A DNA stretch of 63,830 bases, filler included, from Asterionella formosa (taxonomy: Eukaryota): assembly GCA_002256025.1 (NCBI GenBank). It is 15 parts of 15 records of this genome, joined end to end, with 100 filler letters (N's around TTAATTAATTAA, not from the genome) between each part and the next. Parts side by side here need not be neighbours in the genome. Positions count along the whole stretch, not along the records: positions 1 to 4,180 come from NKIB01013663.1; positions 4,281 to 8,458 come from NKIB01013664.1; positions 8,559 to 12,732 come from NKIB01013665.1; 12 more parts are not named here. One strand, 5' to 3'. Of the stretch, positions 1-11,069 are shown in pieces (the stretch's first letter is position 1; each line of letters opens with the position of its first letter). Made by a program: the position numbers and the translations under genes. The notes beneath the pieces were generated by a model. That model did no database searches. It saw only the letters and a list, made by a program, of their open reading frames with translations, and was not told where the DNA came from.

Positions 1-560
1 ATGCTGCTTACTATTTCTTTTCCACAATTTTGAATGATCAAGTGTTTTGAGAGGAGTATTATCAAGCCATCTTAAGGGAAACATGATGAATATTTGAATT
101 CGGACGAACCAGAAGCATAAGGGAACTCAGTGAGTCATTTAATGTTATTTTCAGAACTATTTCTTGCTATGAGAGAACAGTGATGACAAGAAGTGTTATG
201 GGGAGTACCTAATTTGGAGGAAATATTCATATCAAAGATTGTTGAAGCAGAATTGGTTTGGTATCGACAACTGGGAGCACAAAATTTTACGATCATGATA
301 CTTTACAATCGGGTAAATGCAACAATTTTGTGGTTTCATTAAAAATTTAATCACGCCTAACCCAAACGATGTCAAGAGTTTTATGTCACCCGCAGCTGTG
401 CGAAAAGATCAAAAAGTATGTGCAAAACTGAGAAATGGACCGTGGTAATTTGAACTGGCCAACCATAAGACAAGCAAATTTCATGCTTTGACCATGATTG
501 GTAGTACCTGGTAGCCTATTAGAAAGTTTGGTGGTCAATAATACAAATTGAGAAAATATA

Positions 561-940
561 CAAGCCTGGTGCAATTTTCAACCATCAATATTCCAAAATC
601 CGAACTAGCTGCCAAAGAAAACAAAAGCAGAAGTAGGCAATGGAAGCCAACAACTGTTTCCCATTTTTTGAGAAGGTGAAAAGCATTCAAGCCTGGTGTT
701 GTTTTCAACCATCAATATTCCAAAATCCGACCTAGCTTGCCAAAAGAAAACCAAAGCAGAAGTAGGCAATTGGAAAGCCAATCAACTGTTTCCCATTTTT
801 GAAAAGGTGAAAAGCATTCAAGCCTGGTGCTGTTTTCAACCATCAATATTCCAAAATCCGACCTAGCTTGCCGATAGAAAACCAAAGCAGAAGTAGGCAA
901 TTGGAGAGCCAACCAACTGACCACTTCTTTGAGAAGGTGA
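561..940. repeat. Tandem repeat, ~3 units of ~127-131 bp
   Basis: CAAGCCTGGT..TTTTCAACCATCAATATTCCAAAATCCGA..CTAGCT..AAAGCAGAAGTAGGCAA..AAGGTGA recurs starting at 561, 688 and 819. Confidence 0.9.
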
Positions 941-1235
941 GTTTACTTTTGGATGTGCCTAGTTCCATGACGAGGTAGATTACCGAGCACACTTTGCCAG
1001 CATCAGTTGAGACGAAGGAGTGTTGATTGGTGTTCACACTGAATGATGCTTTACCTTTGTCAAATAAAGTTTACAGTATCATTTTAAAGGAATTTTTATC
1101 CGAAGTAGTTATAAATATTATGATATAGTGATCAAACATGCAATGCCAAAGTTACAACTAAAAGTATCAGAGGGAAAATAAACGTAGCAACCAACAACTC
1201 ATATTGCCTGGGAGCAAAGCAATATCGGTAGATAG

Positions 1236-2705
1236 CTATCGAACCGTCATAAACTCACGAAGAAACAGCATGGCTACTGGGGTCATCTTCCGATCCAATT
1301 TGACTGCCAAATTCATTCGTTCGAATAACTCACTCTCCAGCATAAAAATTGTAGCCACGGGGGGTGTTTCTCCAAAAACTGCCCGCATGTTTTGATTGTT
1401 CACCTTTCGACTTACGCCAAGCGGTGATTCTTGGACGGTGCCGCGCGGCAGGAGTGAATCCATTACCGACGTGTGTTGATCTGTACGATTACGAGCCGCT
1501 ATCCATACATCTCGACTCCACTCCTCTTGGTGTTGCGGTGATTCGCTGGTACGGACTCCGCGGGCGTTGGGATGATACATGCCAACACAAATGTCTTGAA
1601 CAGGTGCCCAAGTCATGAGGTCGCGAACGACAATATGAAGTAACAATCGACCTGGGGACGAGCGATTCTTGACCAATGCTGTTAGAATGGAGTTGGTGGG
1701 AACTCGATCACAAGAGATATACTTCCAGGGAAAGGTGCTGCCACGCTTGCCTCCAAATTCCAAGACTTCGTCCGCTCCCATGCGGGGTGTCCGTGCTCCA
1801 TCCCACCAACGACTAGGAAACTTGACATGTTGACCAACGATTGTTTGCCAAAGATAACCCGCCTTTTGCGCATGCCGATAGGCTGGATCTTGAAGGAGCA
1901 CACCAAAATCAGGTGTTCTCGTAGCTTCGCTAAGGTATGAACGAATAGATCCATCGTCATAGAGGTCTTCCGATGACTGCACATGATAGGTGTACACTTT
2001 GAGCCTCAGCGATTTACCCCGACCCATAGTAGTCACTGGAGTACCCTCAGTCTCACAAGAGAAGCTTGAGCTAAGAGAGGACTGTGGTGGCAAGTGAGAA
2101 GGTGGCGGTGGAACCGTGCTCTTCGACGATTGATCCGAATTCAAACTCGCCCAATCTAAGGGAGATTCTTTTTTTCTATCAAGGGACGATTCAATACTAG
2201 ACCAATCCAAAGGAGAAACTCGGTCATTTCGTTCTTGCACACTCTCGTGCTCTACTTCATCCCAATCCAGGAACGAAGGGGGAGGTCTTTCCGACGTGTC
2301 AGGCCGGGCTTTCAGTGCCAGATTGCCCCAGTGCTGCTGATCGACTTCTGGTAGCAAAGAAAAGTCTTCACGCAGGGAAAAGCTAGAGGTATTTTCCGAA
2401 TGGCTGGATCGACTACGATGCAACCAACGGTTGTCAAAACAAACATCAGCGACATCGTGATTGCTCGACAATTTTGTCGAAGCTGTAAATTGAGAATAGG
2501 AACGATTCGAGTTTCCTGCAAGAATCGTTTCTCGCACCAACGCTGCCCCTCGCAACACAGATCTATCACTAGGTCTTCTGCTCTTAATAAAAGAGCTGGA
2601 ATCCGAGCTGCTGGTGGGAGTCAAACGAGGCGAAGGCACATAGTCCTTGTTTGTCGGGTCGCTGGCAAGGGTCTTTGATTTCCTCCAGAAATTTACGGAA
2701 GGCAT
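1236..2705 (-). CDS. Hypothetical protein (489 aa): Ser-rich disordered N-terminal half, globular-looking C-terminal domain
   Basis: Long uninterrupted ATG-initiated ORF. Three LDW motifs. The C-terminal region (DPAYRHAQKAGYLWQ...PGRLLLHIVVRD...GMYHPNARG) looks folded, but I do not recognise the family. Confidence 0.8.
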   Translation of the reverse strand: MPSVNFWRKSKTLASDPTNKDYVPSPRLTPTSSSDSSSFIKSRRPSDRSVLRGAALVRETILAGNSNRSYSQFTASTKLSSNHDVADVCFDNRWLHRSRSSHSENTSSFSLREDFSLLPEVDQQHWGNLALKARPDTSERPPPSFLDWDEVEHESVQERNDRVSPLDWSSIESSLDRKKESPLDWASLNSDQSSKSTVPPPPSHLPPQSSLSSSFSCETEGTPVTTMGRGKSLRLKVYTYHVQSSEDLYDDGSIRSYLSEATRTPDFGVLLQDPAYRHAQKAGYLWQTIVGQHVKFPSRWWDGARTPRMGADEVLEFGGKRGSTFPWKYISCDRVPTNSILTALVKNRSSPGRLLLHIVVRDLMTWAPVQDICVGMYHPNARGVRTSESPQHQEEWSRDVWIAARNRTDQHTSVMDSLLPRGTVQESPLGVSRKVNNQNMRAVFGETPPVATIFMLESELFERMNLAVKLDRKMTPVAMLFLREFMTVR

Positions 2706-4180
2706 GGTACCAACGATTCACTTCTAGCTTAAAAGGAATGAAATGGCACGAATAACGAAGGATTTGGATTGATGCAGTGCAGATGCGAAGACATGAACAG
2801 CTTCAGTCGAGGAGAGATCGATGTTTATCGTCCGGCAAGCGGAATGAGTGATCGGTCTGATGGTTAAATTCGTCAACATTTACATGGCTATTTTGTTGAC
2901 ACTCGAGAAATTTGCCCTATTTGAGTATAGCCACAGACATTTAAATATGTATTCATTAATGAATACCGATCATTCAAGGATAGAACATGGGTTGTATCTC
3001 GATTTTACACCAATCGCCGGCCAACTACGCCGATGGCCTTCAAATCCATCGCATCGGAGGAGCGAACTTGTTAATTATATTAAAAACATTTTTCCAGTAG
3101 GAATGCGAAATGTTGTGGGATTCACAACAAGGAAGTGGGCAGGCTAGCGTTGCAAACTTTCAGCAATTTGTATACGTAATGAATGATGTGTACCGTATAC
3201 GGTAATATATGAAAGTGAAAACACTCTGCTTACACTTGTTGGTATATAGTCGTGTCTGTATTTCACAGGACCACCAATGAGAGGCTGCATACCGGTGCAC
3301 GTCCTCGTCAGTTGTGTGAATCAAAACAAATAAAGAATGTGTATGTTGTAGTAAATGTGTGCCTACTCCGAGTGCCCATGCCAGCATACTTTTGTTCCTG
3401 GTGGGGTGCCTTACTTACCAATATATACGCTCCCGTTGCTACTGTCATTTTCCTGAGGAGCGAAATGCACAGTGTGTTGCTGGACAGGTCCATATTTTGT
3501 AATGTGTAGAGAACGTCTTCAACTTTTAGCATGATTCAGCGAAACAAACAGCTCCATTCCTCCAGGGGTAGAAATGAGAGAAAAAAGCATAGATACTTTC
3601 AGGAAATTCTTACCAGTATGAATTCAGGAAAGACGATGACTTTCACGAAATTTCAGGAAACTTTAGGAAATTCATAAGAAAATGGCAGCAAAAATCAGTA
3701 AATGCATGCAGTTTCCTGAAGTTTCCTAAGTTGGACTTTTCTGGTCAAAGTGATCAAATCCACATATTCTACATTATGGTTTAGATGTAGTTCTTTATTT
3801 ATCAAGCTACAGAATTTGCTTATGGTCATACTTTGGGATTTGCTCCTCAGCATTTGTGAAATATTTGCCAATAGTATGCATACTGGTACATAAACTGGCA
3901 TTGCATGTGAAACAAAATAATTGTCATTTAATAAAACCAGCAAAAATGATCCACCAAATGAATAGCTGCTTGGTGCTTTCCTCTCGCTTCACCCAGCATT
4001 CATCCCATTTCTTTTTTCTCGAAATTTGCATACTATGCAACAGCATGGTGGTGCTCGCTCACAAAACCAAACAAGCAATGACATCATTTGAATGGTTGAA
4101 TACAGGTATATAGTCAAGACAATTCTCTGCTAGCTACATCTGTAGTGACAAATACCACACTACACATCATCATACCTGTG

Positions 4181-4280
4181 NNNNNNNNNNNNNNNNNNNN
4201 NNNNNNNNNNNNNNNNNNNNNNNNTTAATTAATTAANNNNNNNNNNNNNNNNNNNNNNNNNNNNNNNNNNNNNNNNNNNN
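4181..4280. other. Artificial contig linker N44-TTAATTAATTAA-N44 (first of 14; others at 8459, 12733, 17007, 21273, 25539, 29803, 34065, 38323, 42581, 46835, 51087, 55337, 59586)
   Basis: Identical 100-bp spacer with stop codons in all six frames; the contigs between linkers never increase in length. Confidence 0.98.
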
Positions 4281-4770
4281 TTCTCTGTAATCCACTCCTC
4301 TTGTCCTGATCCAATCTGACACTTTGTTACCACCTGCTTGCTCGACAAAAAGACGCTTTGGTTGAGGAGACAACAAATATCTTCGCTTTGCGAAAAAGGA
4401 TTTTATTAGTATTTTGTGAGAAATCTTGGTTCTGCCGCCCAACCATTATACCGGTAAATGATACCAGGGTACCTGGTAGGGAGTACCTGGTATCGGAATG
4501 CCTTCCAAGCAATCCCACCATCATTGTTACTGATCATTAAATGTATTCAAATCGGAATATGTAATTAAATTTAAGATTTAAAAACAAGCAAAGCAATGAT
4601 GTGGCTGATGATGATTGAGGCGACCTCGCGCTTAGCCATAGTAACTAAGCTATAGTATTCCGTGTTCGACAAGTCCCGGTACCTGGTACAAGGTAACCAG
4701 GTACAATGCACCTGGTACCGATACCTGGTAACGGGTACCCTGTTCTCGGTAAAATTCAACCTACCCAATA

Positions 4771-5044
4771 CTAGCTCGAGGTAAGGTTAAAAAAATAATA
4801 TCAAGTCAGAATAGTCGAACATACACTTCATACGGGTAAAACATAAATGTATATCGCTAAACGGAGCCTTCACCCTTTCCGTATACTTAGAAACAGCCTT
4901 CTGACAAAGTAGGGGTATAGGTCAACGCTATATATTATCAGGATATAGGATCTGGTGAGAAAGTGCAGAAAGGAACTTGGGGTTTTTAACTATGCTGAAA
5001 ATAGTGGATTTTACCAGGCCAACTCGTTTTTTTGGTCTAGTAAA
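4771..5044. repeat. Dispersed repeat; probable terminal/subterminal region of the adjacent Kolobok/Mutator-like DNA transposon
   Basis: Colinear high similarity to 25255-25538 (CTAGCTCGAGGTA.GGTTAAAAAAAT...TAAATGTATATCGCTAAACGGAGC...TTTTTAACTATGCTGAAAATAGTGGATTTTACC). Confidence 0.9.
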
Positions 5045-5489
5045 AAAACCGAAGATCCTTTGTGCACTTTCTTGCCGAAAGTTAACTTTTGGGGCTATAC
5101 GGAGATCACCTATGTACTTAACTCTTCTTCAAACCCTGTCAACGTTGAGCTGTCGTCGTCCAAAAATTTGACAACATCAGCCTTTTCAACGGTCTCAAGA
5201 ATGTCAGCATCAGAATCACTAATCGCCAAAACATCATCATCGGAATAAGAGTCTTGTGATTCAATTTTTCGTCCTACAATCTCCTGTTCGAAAAATTCCA
5301 TTGTAAGTACCCGCTTTGCAAAAAAGAATTTGATTGGTAAAGTTCAATTACTTACCAACATTTGATTGGCCTGGTTTGCGCAGTCTTGCAAAGCCGCACT
5401 GGCCACATTGGATGCACATGTAACATTTTCTTGGGTGTTGGCGGGTACAATATCCACAGTAGGTAGTTGATTATCAGTGATCGTACGCA

Positions 5490-6195
5490 TTCCAGTACTA
5501 GTACTAGAATGCACTTTGCCTGCATTGAATGGACAGAGTGTGCTGCTTTTCCTTTGATGATCATTGCAGCCACAATGATTGCAGACATTCCTTCCTTTTT
5601 TCTTGTTTCCTCATGTTCCCCTCTTAACGCAATACCAGAACCGTAAGTCTTACCTGATTTGTTGTCTTGCCTTTCTTGTTTGACTGTTTCAATTCGTGCT
5701 GCATGTGTTTTTTCGTTTTGTTTCCTCTTTCGTTGGAATTGCGCTTTGTAGGCTCCATCGTCACTTCGTCTCTTCTCCTTTTGTCTCCAGAAGGATTCTT
5801 GGAGTGCTGGCATCTGCATTCCACATTGCTTGTATACATCCCTTGTGTATTGTGTTGCTCCTTGTGTGTGTTGCCCCGCACCCGAAGCCACTCGATATTG
5901 CTTGAAGGCCTCCGGATCCTGCAAACACCTTGTTTTTCGGACATAGTTGCGACACTGCATTGTTGATTGCCTCATTAATCTGCGTGTCAAAGGGATGATG
6001 CAATGATAGCAGTTTTTCGCCTTCTACTTTTGTTGAAACATGCAACATCAACCATTTGTATAACTTTTTTCCCTTTTCCTTGTCATACTATGATATTTTC
6101 CGTTACTAACCATATTTCCTGCTTTTACAGGGCACCATGTTTCAGAGCAGTAATCATGGCAGCCAAATAAATGGTTGATTGGTGCCTTGGAGGAA
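5490..6195 (-). pseudogene. Frameshifted C-terminal half of a Kolobok/'Mutator-like' DDE transposase
   Basis: Motifs are spread over successive frames: HLFGCHDYCSETWC, then HPFDTQINEAINNAV..CPKNK (catalytic Glu region), a basic helix, TYGSGIAL, and a CNHCGCNDHQRKSSTLC knuckle. Confidence 0.7.
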
Positions 6196-6199
6196 TTAC

Positions 6200-7400
6200 T
6201 AAATTCGACCAGAGAGAGGTTCCGGCTTAACCCGTTTGTGGAATGGCATGGCAATGAGGACGACTTCAACATAAACACTGGGAAAGGAAAGCGATATCCC
6301 CAGGGACCTGTGTGTGTGTTAAATGGAAAGCATGTGCCCACTTTGTGTTGTTGTTCGGAATCAGAAAGCATTACTGCAGAACTGTTGGTGAGAATGTTGG
6401 CCAAAATGGATTCTTTGGAATTGTTTGACTGCAGTGATGGAATAAACCCTTTCCTCATCCTAGATGGACATGGCTCCAGATCCGATTGCTCCTTTCTCGA
6501 ATATATCAACAGCCCTTTGACCCCATGGAGTGTGTGTATAGGTGTCCCTTATGGAACCTCCTACTGGCAAGTCGGAGATTTGTCGGAGCAGAATGGAAGT
6601 TTCAAAATGGAACTGACAGTTGCAAAGCGAGTCCTACTTACCAAAAAGACTGAACATGATTTGCCTTTTGCTATTGAGAAATCTGACATTGTTGCCTTTG
6701 TTTCAACTGCCTGGGAAAAAAGCTTTGCAAATAAAAGAACAAACAGAAAAGCAGTCTCAGAACGAGGATGGGGGCCTCTCAACTATAACCTTCTGCTCAC
6801 TGCGGAAATACAGAATACAAGCACTCAACTCAATTCATCACTTGCTGGAAACACAACCAACTCTAATGTAACTCCTGAAATGCTGAATCTGACAGACGGA
6901 TATTCTGGGTCATTGACAGAAAAAATTGTTGCCTTTCGCAAGAGAGAAGATGCAAGGAATGGAATAGATGCTGATGATCATGCAAGGAAACGAAAGTAAA
7001 CAGCACAGGCTGCAATAGATCAACACAAAAGGATTACTGCTGGACTACACTTTGCTGCTGGTAACTGTCAACTTGGTCCAGAACTTTGGTATCATGCAAA
7101 AGAAGTTATGAAAATACAACAGCTTGCACAAGACAAAAAGGAAAAGCGATCAAATATTCGATTTCAAAAATGGTGGACAAGGTTGATGCTGTGAGAGCAA
7201 CTGGAAAGCTGATTGAATCATACAATGTGACTGAACTCAGAACTCTTGTAATTTGGTATAAACGTGAGGGTGATACACCAGTACCAAATACAAGGTAACA
7301 GCTGCTTCAAAGGTACATCAACACTTGCCATCGAGGGGAGCAGATTCCACGAAATGCACTTGCTGCAGCACAGCTTCCTGATCCTCAGCATGCTGCTGAA
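6200..7400 (+). pseudogene. pogo/Fot1-like (DDE_1) transposase fragment, 5'-truncated, with internal stops and a frameshift
   Basis: PFLILDGHGSR and VCIGVPYGTSYWQVGD motifs. TAA at 6997-6999 is followed by continued protein-like sequence, a frameshift near 7160, and another stop at 7296-7298. Confidence 0.8.
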
Positions 7401-7954
7401 GATGCAGGTGATGCTGTGGCCAACAATGGGATCGCAATGATCTGACCTTTGGACTTGAAAGTTGGAGGAGCATCATGATGGTGGAAGGTGCGGCATCTTG
7501 AATATATGTTTTTTAGTAAAAAGGTATAAATAAAAGTGCGTTAACACATGACCTAATCCGTCCTCGAAAATGTATATAAATTTATATACATTTATTCAGA
7601 AAAAAAGTATATACTGACATGACCCATTGAAATCACCTCTTAGCTGTTTTATTGTCATTTTATCTTCTGATGTAATCATTCAACTAGAATTTCAACACAA
7701 CAGCTTGATTGATTGATGCTGTTATGACACTATCAAACAGATGGGTCTGAAATTCGATAGAATTTACCTTTAGTCGGAGAAGTCAAACAAACACCCTAAC
7801 TCAATGGGTCATGGCAGTTTTTTACTGGTACCTGGTCCACGAATTTCAAGACGATGATAGGAACGCAAATTGCCGTTAGCTATACAAGTTGTGCATACGG
7901 GAGTGGCTGGTGGGTATTAGGGCCGTTCTTATCATTCTGTTATTTGTTGTCATT

Positions 7955-8153
7955 GGTGTATCATCACCGAAATATGATACAAAAATGGCGGTTTGGTTTT
8001 TTTGTGTATCACCAACGGTTTTTTTGGTCTGATCACCGGTGTATCATGGGTGTATCACTGATACAGTTTTTGGACCCCTGACCAATGCTGTATCACTGAT
8101 CAAGCCGTTGATCACTGTGTATCACGTCCGTTGCCACTGATAAAATAACTGTA
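7955..8153. repeat. Cluster of GTGTATCA/TGATCA motifs ending in ACTG|TA; possible right end of a DNA transposon
   Basis: At least six TGTATCA copies. ACTG-TA at 8148-8153 fits a pogo CAGT terminus with a TA target site. Confidence 0.45.
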
Positions 8154-8324
8154 AATACGCAAGCACAACACTATTAAATATTGCGCCAACTATTTTTTGT
8201 TATATATATACTACGGTACTCTGTATACATTACCTTTCAGCTTCGTGAGTCATACAAGAATCAGTAGTCCGCTCATCTCTATACCAATCTTCCAACATCG
8301 ACTATATCTCGATTAATTGGCGCA

Positions 8325-8458
8325 ATGAGCTGCAAAGTAGTGGGTACGGCTGAAACTTCTGATGCTGCCTCTATTCGCATTGATTCGGAAGAGAAGCAAT
8401 GCGTTGTAGCTGATGAGGACGTCGAAGATATTGTTGAGTTGTCTACTGCTGATCCAAC
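8325..8458 (+). CDS. Possible 5' end of a gene, truncated by contig end
   Basis: ATG ORF runs open into the linker; acidic, protein-like composition. Confidence 0.35.
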
Positions 8459-8558
8459 NNNNNNNNNNNNNNNNNNNNNNNNNNNNNNNNNNNNNNNNNN
8501 NNTTAATTAATTAANNNNNNNNNNNNNNNNNNNNNNNNNNNNNNNNNNNNNNNNNNNN

Positions 8559-9632
8559 TCGGTTGATTTCCTTGCTCCAGTGTTGAGGGGAAAACATGCG
8601 GAAAGGTGCATCAGGGGCATAATACGTCCCAGGAATACGAAAATGGTGAATACGACCGAAGTCGTCCTGTATACTCCATTTAACCTTTTCCTTTTGCAAT
8701 ACCGCAATTGGGCCTCCAAATCCGCTGATTTCAGCGTGAACTGGTGTAGGCACTCCCACAAAATCCGTGCTGCAGTTTGTCACACACTTAGAGCAACAAT
8801 TGTCAATCATCATTATATAACTATCTGAATCAAAAGGTGGGGTAACCGGGCCGGCTCGTGACGTGGTGGACATACCAAGCCCAAATGACAAGGGCTGATC
8901 CATAGTTGCTGAAACCCGCAGATACTCCCTTGGCTTCCGGTAGACACCGGACTCTCGCTCTCCGAAAACCCCTAATTGGAAAAATTTTGTTTTTCGGAAT
9001 TTCATGCGACACGTGGGTCGTTCAAGGGCAATCTCTAACTGACACAAGGTGGTATTGATAGCCGCACACCCTCTTGCACATACTCCTGACATTAGTGACA
9101 TCATCGTTGAACGATTCCGCTTAGGAATGTATAGAGTACGAAGTGGGGTCCTATAGGTGTCATCCAACACTGGGCATAACACTGGGATGCTAGATACAAG
9201 CACAAGTGCCCAGCATACCCATAGGCACATCATCACGGTATGGCCAAAGAACTCGGACAAAAAGGTCATGCACCCTGGCCCACAGAGAATGAACTGATAA
9301 AACCAATAGCTAAGTATGCTATTTAATTTGCTCATCATTCCCCGACCACCTTCCTAGCCGGTAACTGACATATCCTCTCCACCTTGATTAGAATCATCAT
9401 CGTCATCATTTCCTTCCATGATGCTGGCCAGGGAAGTAGAGAGGGCGATGGCCTCGGCAGATTTGTCTTTGGGCTTCTTTGGGATCTTCACTGGAGAAGA
9501 CATGCCCTGTGGGCTCATGTTACACTCCTTGGCGGTGTGCACCGTCCAGGAGGCGTGATTAGAGCACCAATGATACTCTTTGGTGTCTACCGTCTTGGTC
9601 TTCGGGTCATCTTCGAGCTGCGAATTTTCCAC
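8559..9632 (-). mobile_element. Diatom CoDi-type Ty1/copia fragment: gag C-terminus (9354-9632) and pol N-terminus with protease (8559-9338)
   Basis: gag WCSNHASWTVHTAKEC knuckle-like motif; protease PFDSDSY..IDNCCSKC..KWSIQDDFGRIH..FSPQHW as in diatom copia elements. Confidence 0.8.
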
Positions 9633-9976
9633 TTGTGTATGACATGCTTAAATTGGAATAAATGATGTTGGTAATTTGGGAGGAGGTTGTATAGATTATG
9701 TGGTAACGAATTCAATTCAAATAAAGAAGGGATGAGACAGGCAAAGAAGAACGAGAGTTTGGTTTTGGTTGTAACAAGATGATGATAACAGCGAAATTAC
9801 AAACATTCATGATCACTGCCTGTGGAAACGGTGCTACTTGATTGCTAGTGCACTAGCTGTCACTACGGGTATAATTTTCTGTCCAACAACAAAATATGCC
9901 GGTACTACCTGGTACCCATGTACCAGGTATACTCCACATATGTACATAACATACCGATAATAATGTGTCGTAACTG

Positions 9977-10397
9977 TGTTAAAGTATTACCTTTTGTATA
10001 GATCTATATCGTTAGACAAAGAAGACTATAGATAGAGACGTTCGTTTCTCTTTCCGTTTCTATATTCTTATTGTGAGTTTACTAATCTAGTTTAGGTTGT
10101 TCTGTTTGAACAAAACAAACGAACTATTCTCCAAATGCTGTTTGCATTTCTAGGAACATACAATCATAGATAGACCCATGTCTATCTCACACTTACTGAT
10201 CATAGGTATTTAACCATGATCATTCATTTCAAACTATCGGTCTTCCGAAATAGCTTATGTTGTCCGGCTCATTATAGTCGGAGTAGCAAAGTATAATGTG
10301 TGGTTGATGAGAGCTTGGTACATCAAAGTGGACTCATTCGAATCGTTTGACTCGTTTGACTCCGAGTCCTAACTACATAGATGAGCTCACTTTAACA
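9977..10397 (-). repeat. 3' LTR (421 bp) of a Ty1/copia element
   Basis: Perfect terminal inverted repeat TGTTAAAGT...ACTTTAACA; polypurine tract GGAACAAGGAGAG (10398-10410, minus strand) immediately upstream. Confidence 0.85.
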
Positions 10398-11068
10398 CTC
10401 TCCTTGTTCCAACAATCCATCATCCCGTTTTGGATCGCGTATCCGTGCATGTTCATAATCTTGTCCGTGACATTTTTAGTTAGAACATCTGCTGGATTCT
10501 TTTCCGTATTGACGTAGTCAACCTTAATCGTTCCGTTTTCGACTTGTTCTCGTACATAGTGGTATCTTATGTCGATGTGTTTTGTACGTGCCCCGACCTG
10601 ATGATTTTTCGTTAAATAAATCGCACCGGTATTGTCCTCACCCATTAGACTAGGCATCACGATAGTGGTTATTTCGCCCAGTAGATTCGTTGCGAAGACA
10701 GTTTCCTTTGCGCCGTTACTGAGTGCGACATATTCACACTCGGTGCTTGATTGCGTTACGATATCCTGTCCTTTTGATATCCAGTGAATTAGGGCGCACC
10801 CTCCGATCGTGCCTAAATAACCGCTGACACTTTTTCGTGTATCAGGATTAGAGGCGAAGGCGCTGTCCACGACATCTTGTATACGTAGCTCGTTGGGCGC
10901 ACGTAGTTTCATTCTGCATGCAATGTCCCCATGTAGACACAAATACCCGAGTAGGCGTTCCAATGCTTGCCAGTGCGTTTCGCCTGGGTTGTCGAGGTGC
11001 TGTGACAATTCACGACATGCGTTGGCGCATACTGGCGATATTTTCTTCACGAAGTAAAGTATCTTTCC
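10373..11068 (-). mobile_element. Ty1/copia RT C-terminus and RNase H (5'-truncated); same family as 38423-42580
   Basis: VVDSAFA..RKSVSG..SSTECEY..EDNTGAI..RTKHIDIRYHY..NPADVLTK; near-identical to the reverse complement of ~42195-42580. Confidence 0.93.
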
Positions 11069-11069
11069 T

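Noticed and set aside
4225..4236. TTAATTAATTAA repeated every ~4.25 kb as a biological periodic element or recombination site
   Set aside because: Always centred in 44+44 N; it is a six-frame-stop assembly spacer.
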